From Catajapyx aquilonaris (lineage: Eukaryota), in the NCBI GenBank assembly GCA_000934665.2, contig JYFJ02002802.1, forward strand, positions 1-50,590: 50,590 nucleotides of DNA, read 5' to 3'. A program made the translations under genes and the position numbers. Positions within the stretch are counted from its first letter, which is position 1; each line of letters begins with the position of its first letter. Shown one piece after another: positions 1 through 9,925 of this stretch. The notes beneath the pieces are model-generated. The model had not been told where the DNA came from. It worked only from the letters and a program-made list of their open reading frames with translations, and did no database searches.

Positions 1-5
1 GGTGG

Positions 6-533
6 AGGGGGGAAGGAAGAGGAGGAAGAGGAGGAAGAGGAGGGAGGGGAGAAAATTTTTTTGGAAATTTTTAAGACACCTGCTTAATGGGAGGGGGCGG
101 TCACTTTTTTCGAAGAAAAAAGTCTTATATTTAATCATTCAAAAATTGAAGAATTCAGGTTTGTGTGGGCCGTCCCCAGCCCCCACCCTACCACTGCCCA
201 AGTGGGTGCATTTACCTTATACCCGGGAGTTCCATTCTCAAACCTATCACCCCCCAAAAATTTGCTCCCAGAAATTTAACTATAGGTCCATTAAAATCAC
301 CAGCACATGCAAATAGATTCGGCACAATTTTTAGGTCATTTTCAATGGTTTGTTGCAGGCTGACCTTTGACCTGAAAGGCCCTAGTATTAGGTTTTTGGT
401 CTGTGGCCAGGCCCTACCTCGGTCTCCACCTGTCGGAGCTTTCGTAATGAGACTGTACAGAGAACAGTACTTAGATATACAGCATATCTCTCGATGTGAG
501 GTAGTATGCCCCTAGCCTGCTAGCCAAATGTAG
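6..533 (+). repeat. Left arm of long inverted repeat
   Basis: Reverse-complement match to 814-1314; the ORF track also shows identical peptides on opposite strands. Confidence 0.97.
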
Positions 534-813
534 CAGTCCGCCTGTCCTTGTGGGTAGCGGGGCGGGGGTGGAAAGGGGGGAATATGTAAAGTCAAAGAGA
601 CAGGAAGGCGACCAAGTCTACACCAAAACTTGCCTATCTAAAACCGCGTCGACGATATGCGCATCTCCACGCACAGCAGAAGCGGGTTGGAATTTATTAT
701 TTTAATAATCCATAGAGCAATGCCACGAAACAGTGATGCCACATGTCCGTCCGGATGACCCCAAGGAGGTGACCACTCGCCTACGTCACATTCATAGATA
801 ATGATACCTGCCA

Positions 814-1314
814 CTACGTTTGGCTAGGGGCATACTACCTCACATCGAGAGAAATACTGTATATCTAAGTACTGTGCTCTTTACAGTCTCATTACGAAAG
901 CTCCGACAGGTGGAGACCGAGGTAGGGCCTGGCCACAGACCAAAAACCTAATACTAGGGCCTTTCAGGTCAAAGGTCAGCCTGCAACAAACCATTGAAAA
1001 TGACCTAAAAATTGTGCCGAATCTATTTGCATGTGCTGGTGATTTTAATGGACCTATAGTTAAATTTCTGGGAGCAAATTTTTGGGGGTGATAGGTTTGA
1101 GAATGGAACTCCCAGGTATAAGGTAAATGCACCCACTTGGGCAGTGGTAGGGTGGGGGCTGGGGACGGCCCACACAAACCTGAATTCTTCAATTTTTGAA
1201 TGATTAAATATAAGACTTTTTTCTTCGAAAAAAGTGACCGCCCCCTCCCATTAAGCAGGTGTCTTAAAAATTTCCAAAAAAATTTTCTCCCCTCCCTCCT
1301 CTTCCTTCCCCCCT
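814..1314 (-). repeat. Right arm of long inverted repeat
   Basis: Reverse-complement match to 6-533. Confidence 0.97.
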
Positions 1315-1422
1315 TGGACATGGTGTCACCCTACATGAAATTATGTTCAATATTATGCGTTATGAACATGTTCATAGACCATAGTTCCCCTCGTCGTAAT
1401 GAAGCAATATCTCCTACGAAGT

Positions 1423-1445
1423 GGGGGTGTAGCTCAGTAGTAGAG
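1423..1445 (+). pseudogene. 5' fragment of a tRNA-Ala-like sequence or tRNA-derived SINE head
   Basis: GGGGGTGTAGCTCAGTAGTAGAG matches the familiar eukaryotic tRNA-Ala 5' end GGGGGTGTAGCTCAGTGGTAGAG at 22/23 nt, including the A-box. No anticodon arm, B-box or 3' acceptor strand follows. Confidence 0.45.
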
Positions 1446-4400
1446 GTTGGCAAAAATCCAGGAAGAGAGAATTCAGAATTATTATTTTAAAGTTTTACGA
1501 CACCATTGATAGAATGTGCCCATTTTATATCTCAGGCAACCTGACCTCCTGGGGGACTGCACCTGGCCCACCGCTGGACAATGCACCTGCACATGTGTCC
1601 CCTCCCCAAACCCCCAACCCTTACCCTATTTCCTAGTAATCCTTGCACCGGTGTCCGAAGAAAAAATAATTAGAAAACTGTATGGTGGTCTGCCACCCCC
1701 CTATAACGACCAAGTGTTGTATCACGGGGTAAATAAAATAAAATAAATAAAAATATATCAGTCAATATTTGTGAGTGTATGAAAGCTTATTACATTTATG
1801 TGTCACTTGACCATTGCTTCAGGCCTCTACGGTAACTCCCCTTAAATTAATGGCATTTACATCCATGGTAGTTGAACATCAGCACTTCTTCCTTGTCCTG
1901 GCCATACCAATCAGAACGTATTCAATTTTGATAATTTTAATCCGTTTTTGAATCCAGAAAGGTTGTCCAACTTTCAAATGCATGGCGCCACGAAGGACTC
2001 ACTTCACTTGTGCCACGGCAGATGGCATATGCGTCAAAGTTCCTGCCATCCCTCTTGCTAAATCATTTCAAGTTTTAATACAGTGCGCTCAGACCTAAGA
2101 AGCCTGAAACTTCCCAAACGAGATGATTGAGTGTGTCCGAATGGCAACTCTTCGAAGTGCAATTTGTGTCATTCGTTTGCATATCAAAATCATCACGCAA
2201 AAGGATGTTACTGTTTTAACCTTGGTTTTAACAGTATTACGTCAGTTTCTTAAATGTTAGTTCAAATATTTGCTTTATTTCATATTAAAGCTGTCAACTA
2301 GCTTTTTTTTTAAAAAAAAAATATTGAATGGAAGATTAACAGCGAGGTAGACCTACTGCTTAACTGTCAGGCTGATATTTTCTAATCATGTTATGTCTTC
2401 ATTTGAGTGGCAATATTTGGCAAATAAAATTGACGATAACCTCGCCTCAGTTTATGGCAACCTGCAGGTTGTTTTTTCATTGTGTTGTAGAACAATTTCT
2501 GAACCGTTAAACTGAAGCGGTTGCATAATTCTGACGACATTTACATGTGAAGGTGGTTCAAAAGAATGGGGTATGACACACCGCAAGGCATTGCAGAATA
2601 TAAGTGCCATGCAAAAATCGTATTTCTGTTTATCGCATAAAGGGAAATGACAGTTTTTGCTTGCGATCGGCCAAATAATATCCTGATTTAGACAACCCAA
2701 ATAATACCTGGAAATGTTTGCTTTATGTTAAGGTATAGTAGTTCATAACTGATCGTGAGTATAATAATATCATTAATATGTAAAGTAAAACGAATCAGAT
2801 CGTTTGGAAGTTGATGTATTTTACATGAGTGAGTTTTGAGCTCCTCAGAGTACTTGTTATGCCCATATGATTAAGACATTGCAGTTGATGCTGTGCATAT
2901 CTTATCTTTAGCGTACAGCCAGCGTCAAATTCCAGGCAGGGATCGGAATGCAATGCACGTACATGCCGTCGAAAAATACAATACTGTACAGATTCGGAGG
3001 TGTGAGGTAGCTCGCACCTGTCCAGGGCAGCCTATCGATAACAGCCTAAAAACCTGGCATAACCCATGGTTCAACAATGTAAAAAATTGTCACAAGTCGC
3101 TGAACTACATTGTTATATTTATTAATTATTTACAGACTTTACTGTAGACCTACTATACAAAAGGCTTTCACTTGCATGCCTATACGTGCAGCCAGTACTT
3201 ACTAATAATGCATTAGGGCCAGCGCAACTGCTTCATTATAATCCTGATGCAGACGGACTTTCCTGCACTTGCATGTTGCCAGCACCTCCCCCCCTCCAAA
3301 AAATCAATATATTTTCCCCCCTCACTCTGTCCTAACATAGTAATGCATCAAAATAATATAACATGCCATTCCTCGCATCATTCTTATCAGTGCTAGAGTA
3401 ACAAAATCCTCCCCCACTTACACAAATATTTTTCTATAGTATTCTCAGCAGACTATATGTACTGTTCAGCCTGAAAGTACTCGACTGAAGGACACTACAG
3501 TACAGTGCAGGTGTCTTTTATATGCTAACTGGCGAGACATGAAATCTCTAACGGCCAGTTCTTTACTTGCAAGCTAATGGACGATGTCGACTAAAACTGG
3601 CACAAACACACCTTAATTCCGCTATACTTTGAGGACATTACAGAATGACACACCATTTCCAAGAATATATCCTACATACTGCGCTTACCTGAGAGCATGA
3701 ACACAGGTCCTACAGGCTCCATTCTGCACACCAAGTTGTGATGACTTACCTACCCAGCTGTAATTTTATGTACTGATTAGGGCGATGCTATTCATGAATT
3801 CAAGTACACAGTAGGTGCTTTTAGATATATTACATTTGCAATAACGAGGCCATAGACTGAGCCGATTGGGTTAAACCCAGACTGATCAATAACATTCGGC
3901 TTATAACACCATCAGAAGAGCAACGCCCCATAGAAAAGAAGAAAAAAAAACGTGACATGCAAAAATTCCAGACTTTTCAACCAACTTGTCTGGTTCCGGT
4001 CTGCTACATTCAGCCATCCTTAAAAATTAGCCATGCCTAATCTTACCATCAAAAAAGGAACATTTTCAAAAGGACAAATTGTTGACTACATCTCATGCAA
4101 GTGAAACACGCAACTCCATTTAATGGTCCTCTTCATTTTTATTTATTTCCAACATTACAATTTTTTTTTCGCTCAAAAAACTATTCCATCGTAGGTTGAT
4201 TTTTCCAGCACCAGTTGAGTACCTGAGGGCATAACCACCGAGCAGGCGCAATTTTCCCTCCAGGCCAGGTTATAATTGGACCAATGTGTCAGAGCATAAA
4301 AAAGGGGGGGTACAGTGGTTTGGGTTTTTGAAAAAAAAAAGAGGTAGTGTTGCATCCAATGTTCCCAACTTGATCCAAACCGCAACGTGTAAGTTACGTG

Positions 4401-5111
4401 CATTAAATTCGTGCCGCTTCGACCGCAGATTTACTGCAGTAAAAATTGATTGATTATGGGGAGCACAGGGCAGCATTTCGGAGCAGTATACCAGGGGAAT
4501 GAGGGATTGCCTTGAAATTGGATGCTGCGGACCTGCGGCCGTAATTGGAAATTGTGTCACAATCGACAGCGGCCACATGCCCCAGTTCTTATCATTATAA
4601 AACTATTCCCAGAGTCCATTTCGATGTGGAGGGAATGAATGCGGTCGTTAAATTATTTTTTGTGACACCCTGTTGTGGGTAGTCTATTAATGATGGATAG
4701 AATAATGCAAATGAGATTGGGTGGGTGCTGAAATTTTTTTGGGGGAACAATAGGTCAGTATCTGGTTGGGTACAAGTTATTATGCAATTAATAGATAGGC
4801 AGAGAGAGGGGTCGACAGCTGTGTTTATCTTCTAAATGGGTGACGTTCCGTGTTTCGAGGGGAATACACGCTAGTTCCGGTTTCACCAATATTTGGATTC
4901 ATAATAGGAGCGTGTTTAGACAGTAAGCAATGCCTATGGGAGAAACAACTCAGATTATTTAAAGCCCCGATGTCATTTTGGACGCTGGAAAGCACCAGCG
5001 TCGGGTCCATTTTATCATAAGTTAGGATTAGCACCACCAACCCCCTACTCGAAACAAAACCCTGCTGGAAAATCCGCTCAGGTTCCAGGTACATTGTAAC
5101 GATGCTCACCG

Positions 5112-5187
5112 GCACCACTCACACACCTGAAACTTTGCTCACCTTCTTAATCGCAGGTTAAAGCAAGTATCAGGCGATGAGGAGTAC
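5112..5187 (-). ncRNA. mir-87: microRNA precursor mir-87, downstream copy; mature 3p at 5121-5142
   Basis: Minus strand 5142->5121 reads GUGAGCAAAGUUUCAGGUGUGU, the conserved miR-87-3p. It pairs with the 5p arm CGCCUGAUACUUGCUUUAACCU, has a lower stem out to 5187/5112, and a CNNC motif (CAUC) 17 nt after the 3p end. Confidence 0.96.
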
Positions 5188-5252
5188 GTAAACTTCACTT
5201 ATACAATAATTGACATGTGTCCATCTTCCTGCCGCTTCCAGATGATCCTCCA

Positions 5253-5331
5253 GCATCGCTAACACACCTGAAACTTTGCTCACCTTCGTTAATAGTCAGG
5301 CTGAGCAAGGATTCAGGCCCGCCAGGAATGC
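5253..5331 (-). ncRNA. mir-87: microRNA precursor mir-87, upstream copy; mature 3p at 5262-5283
   Basis: Identical mature 3p sequence. The 5p arm is GGGCCUGAAUCCUUGCUCAGCCU and the lower stem is GCAUUCCUGGC/GUUAGCGAUGC. A CNNC motif (CAUC) lies 18 nt after the 3p end. Confidence 0.96.
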
Positions 5332-6920
5332 AGAGCCGGCCTAGAACTTGGGCGATGATGACGACGCCGAAGGTGCAGAGAACCGAGCGTGACGTGTATG
5401 TGACAGCTAAATTTATGCACTTACGGAATGGTGCCAAAAATACTTGGTTTGTATGCTCCACAGGGAGTTACACTGTAAGTCCACTGGGGAAGGGGGGTTG
5501 CGGTCGGACTCACAAGCAGGGATAGTGAAAATGTTATGGCAGGGTAGGGCTGTCTGTCAAGAATGTGAACTGCAGGAACACTGTAGCATTGCGTATAAAC
5601 TGCAGTTAATTTGAAAAACGGTGCAATGTACAAATTACACCATTTTTTTTTCATATCCACCTCCCACCTCTTACATTCAATTTGCATCCCCCCTATATAT
5701 ACACGGAAGTTTGGATTTTCCTGAAGCCTCTCCCCAGGCCCTCTCTTCTCGACGTCAGTTCCACGTCCTCTTCAAAACCCAGGCCTCCGCATCCGAAATA
5801 CGCGCCTTTCCTCCTCTCCTTCTGGCACCACTTCATCTGTCATAGGCTGGAGTGTCTGAAGTGCACTTAGATTTTCCTATGGCACCAGGACTCTTCCTGC
5901 TGAAAATGCAGAATAAAACGGGCATTAGGAGTATGCGGCTTGCAGGTGAAAGCATCAGGCCCCAACCCAGTACTTTCCATTTCCCTGCAGGAGAATTATA
6001 CCGAGAGGTGTTAAAATATGCAAGCGACAGGGAGTAGAAACTAGTGGGGGTCTAATAAATGGTCTTTTCCGCACCTGGCCATTGTGGACTTGGGGACCTG
6101 CTGCTACCGGACGGTTTTTCAAGGAGTAAAAGGTATGTAAAGAAAAAAAGAAAATGGCCGCTTGCGTGAAGCCGCTTATTCATCACGTTGACAGCTTGAC
6201 AGCCTCATTTCCTGCCACCGAATCATGCTATTTGCAGTTTTTTTTTCCTTACCTAGGTTTTCTAGTATGTTTTTGTCATATGCCTGCACTGTACGGTATT
6301 GTTGTCCAAACGGCACTTGTTTTACGCATAGGTTTCAATAGCGGTGGGGTCATCTTTTATGGGCAGAACAATGGGACGTCAGTCGCATCGCGTATTCCTT
6401 CCACCTTACTGTACGCTAATGCGAACAAAACCGGTGCATGAACATAAATTAGTTTTGTGGTTTTGTCACACAGGTAGGATACATATTTCAGCGTCATGCC
6501 ATCAGGGGCAGTTTGTCACAGCAAAACCGTGTGGCCGACCCAGGCCATTAGTGTGACCCAGCCACTCGGTATGGGGAGGTAAAACATGGTAATCAACGAT
6601 GGGTTTAATTCAATTACTCCGGTGGGAGGTCTTGGACGTCTTTTTTTACTTCTTTTGTGTGACCGTACCTCGACCGCAGTATTGACCCGGCTCGACTTAA
6701 TATTCGCGACACGTGCATGGCAAGAAGTCGATTATGCTCAGCCAGACTGAAAAATGCCTCTGAACGTCTCCTTTTGAAATACAAATATGGACACAGCTTG
6801 CTATCTGGCCTGGCTTTCAGAAGCGATCTGGATGGCTGGGCCAGATAGTTTTGCCTTGAAGCCAAAACCTCCCTTGAAGAAGCCCTAAGAGCACGCCAAT
6901 CAGTCAGGGAGAAGTCTCCC

Positions 6921-6935
6921 GCTGCCCCCTCGTGG
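6921..6935 (-). promoter_or_regulatory. CTCF-like binding motif
   Basis: Minus strand CCACGAGGGGGCAGC is a close match to the CTCF core CCASYAGRKGGCRS. Motif match only. Confidence 0.4.
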
Positions 6936-7484
6936 TACCAGCGGCCATCATTCCTGGTGTCAGCACGTGGTCACTGGAAAATGGGGCCCCAGCTCACAGC
7001 CGGGTAATGAACTTGGACGTTTGGGAGCCACTTGTGATTTATGGGCGCATTATTTTCCCTTCCTGGACGCGCCCCTTGCTCGTCAGGATATCAGGAAGAT
7101 GTTGCTGGCGCTCCAGGGAGCGCTGCCACTCGTCACAGGCGCGGCTCATGATAGGTCTCGACACTCCTAAATCCGTTTTAAAGAACTATTCTGGCTGATT
7201 TTTATGGCTGAAGGCTGACAGTGTTCAATTCTGGCTAGGCCTAGTAGGCCCAGCCCAGCTAGGCCTAGCAGGACACGTGGAGATAGGCCTAGCTTCACGA
7301 GTGAGGCCAATATTATTGGGAAGGCTGCTCGAAACAAAGTGTTTGAAGGCAAAGCCGTTGATGTATTTACCTTCGGAATCCATTGTGGTTCATTGGGTCT
7401 TAATCGAATGAGGCCCGGAGGTTCCTGTCTGCTTCCTCGGCTCCTGCCAAACCAAATATGATTTTCCAATAACCGTGTTGACTC

Positions 7485-7525
7485 GAATGATTTTCCGCAA
7501 GGTACCGCCCCTGCTCTTTTATATA
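7485..7525 (-). promoter_or_regulatory. Candidate TATA + Inr core promoter facing mir-87
   Basis: Minus-strand TATATAAAAG (7525-7516), then TCATTC (7490-7485). The spacing of about 35 nt is slightly longer than the canonical ~30. Confidence 0.25.
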
Positions 7526-9881
7526 CACACTGCTGCCTTTCGATCGGGTCAAGGATGACTTTCTGGGGGAAGGCTCCTTAGGTGATGTTGGGTTGGAGGT
7601 ACAGCAGAAGGCGCTGTTTCCGCAATAATTAAGCTCCTTATAGGGAGCAAACATGGCAACCCCCGGCATCAAAATTTCTTACCCTCAAAGATGGCGCAAG
7701 TTAGGCTACTCCCATCTCTCAAACACTCCTCCCTTTCTCGACATGAACTTCTTGCTTGTCTAGGAAGCTGTTGACTTTGCTATCAGGCAGGAACTCGAAT
7801 TCAGTTATCGTAAAGGGTAAGTTGTTGTTTCCAACGGCAACTCTAGCAAGTATTTGCGGAGCCAAGATGGCGTGGAGAAGGCTGCAGTTGACATTTGGAC
7901 CCATTTGTTTATTTTTGGTTTGCAGATGCAAGGAGCAGAGATGCAGATTAAGAGCCTGTTGGATGGCGGGGGAGGGGAGGGGAAAGCTTGGCCAACTTTG
8001 CGAACTTTGAGATGACGTCCACTAACGAGCGTCACTAGAGACTGGAGAGGACTGTCTTTTCTGTTGGAAAGTCAGGTGTTTCAGAGACGGTTGGAAACCA
8101 CCAGCATATACGTGTTTGCACGCTTCACATATTTGTTTGCAAGCTGAAATTGAATTCTCTCATTATGATATCGAGCACAAGCTTAATATCGCAGGGAAAA
8201 TTCAATTTGCCCCGCTGACGTTGGCGCCGGGAAAACCTGTTACAGTTTTAGATTACTGGTACCTGCACCATCGATTCATTACTGGTGCATGCTGCGTTTG
8301 CACACCCCCTCCCATAATGATCGGATATCTTGTCAAATTAGCACTCATATTACAACCAGTCCCCCCCCCCCCCCNNNNNNNNCTCATAAGGTCGCTCCCA
8401 TTTTGAGAGTTGTCAGTGGAAATTTCGTAAGGTATCCCGGAATCTCATTACAATTCTAAAACGCTGTCGTGTTCTTGGACCCAGTTTTTCTCTGGCACTA
8501 AAAAATGCGCGTATGGTGCGAGAGGGGTTTTAAAAGTACGCAGTGCCGTGGGGAAAGGGCAAATGGGATTTCCCGCCATGTCGAGCCCAGTGAACGTCCA
8601 TTTCCTCCTGGCCAAAAAACCCCTGTCGGTGCCCCTGATGGGGAACATCCCCCCACTTCCCTCATCACCTCCCCAAGGGTTCAAATTCCTGGCTACAGAC
8701 AGCTCACTCGCCAGCATATTGGATTTTTTTCTCTTTCTCTCTCTCTACCCCACCCACCCACCCACATGTGTGAATGTGTCGCCTGTTGTCCAATCCCAAT
8801 GCTTATAAGACGCGGTTAATTACTTAACTTTCATTATAACTGTCCCCACCCTATTTCAATTCTTGATTGGTCGCCGTTGACGCGCGGAATAAATAATGCG
8901 CAATTGAATTTGACGAGCGAGAATATCTGAATACCCAGTGGGGGAATTTCAAATGGGCTTTTCAAAGTTGACTAGCGAATGTGTTAAAAAAATCACGTAT
9001 TCCCCTCGCAAATTCATTCCGCACCCTGATTTTAAATGCCTACTCTTTACTAACCGATTTTTTTGTCCATTCACTAAAGGTGACTAATAGTGACCGAACA
9101 GTGATTCGTGAAAATACTGCCACACCTGAACGATTCCAAAATCTGGCAAGTATGACCTTTAAAAAAACCTGTAAAATTGTTCTAAGTCAGCACAATACTG
9201 CCAAAGACCGGATCAATACGAACTAAGACACCGGATAATACCAGCACTGGAAATACCTCCTGTAAACTTTCTGGGCTGAAACATGGAAGCAGACTGGTAC
9301 ACCCGGATTGGCAAAATAACCGACTCAGACTAACCCTCCTCCATTCCCTTCCCAATCCTTCCTCCCCCCTTTCCCTTCCTATTATACATAATTGGATGTC
9401 GGATTCGAAGTACGGGGAAACGCCGTATTACCCCCTCCCACCATGCTTCATTAAACATAAAGGTGGGCAGGTTGCTGAAATTCCAACTTGTTCCAACTCT
9501 CGACGTTCGTTGCCAGCGCTTTTCCGGAGAGCTGGGTTTCGGTTCATTGCCAATCTAGCGAGTTGAAGCTGCAGATGAAGCTCGAGGTAAGGATACCATG
9601 AGAATAGGGGGGTTACAGTACAGGACAAGAGAAAGTAGGATTAGCCAAGGATTTTGAGGAACACAATCGTTGTCACCACCTTGTTACTTTGTATGTGTAC
9701 CAGGGGGAGATTGGCAAGACTCAGGATTTTGAGAGAACCTCCAACTGAATGAGGTGCTAGTTTGTGTGGTTGGGAGAATAACGTTAAGGAATTGGAATTA
9801 CAAGGGGTGTGTGATTCGTCCCTAAAAGGAGCTGGGGGTACGTGCGGTGAATTAATTCCGGCCCCTGGGATTGTGCCCTCG

Positions 9882-9925
9882 TGACGAGGCACACAGTGAG
9901 GGCCTATTTATAGGGCGGCTATTGG
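9882..9925 (-). promoter_or_regulatory. Candidate core promoter (CCAAT, GC box, TATA/MEF2-type site)
   Basis: On the minus strand: CCAAT (9925-9921), CCGCCC (9918-9913), TATAAATAG (9912-9904), and TCA with the A 30 nt downstream of the TATA. CTATTTATAG also fits the MEF2 consensus. Confidence 0.3.

Larger units (their letters stand above)
6..1314. mobile_element. Long-TIR (fold-back) non-autonomous DNA transposon-like element
   Basis: Arm 6-533 is the reverse complement of arm 814-1314. By eye they differ by 6 substitutions and 3 indels: two extra AGGAAGAGG units, one extra C, and an 8-bp CTAGCCTG duplication. The 280-bp spacer (534-813) is unique. Termini are AGGGGGG...CCCCCCT, flanked by TGG at 3-5 and 1315-1317 (possible TSD). 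No transposase ORF. The inverted repeat is certain; the transposon call is inference. Confidence 0.75.

Noticed and set aside
496..506. TGAGGTAGTA, matching the first 10 nt of let-7
   Set aside because: The remaining bases do not match, there is no local precursor hairpin, and it lies inside the repeat arm.
2..1321. ORFs 2..316, 165..515 and 881..1321 with shared peptide sequence
   Set aside because: They are mirror products of the inverted repeat, differ by a frameshifting indel, and resemble no protein I recognise.
5121..5287. 26-bp direct repeat resembling a minimal CRISPR array
   Set aside because: Only two copies, 141 bp apart, with no cas genes; fully explained by duplicated mir-87.
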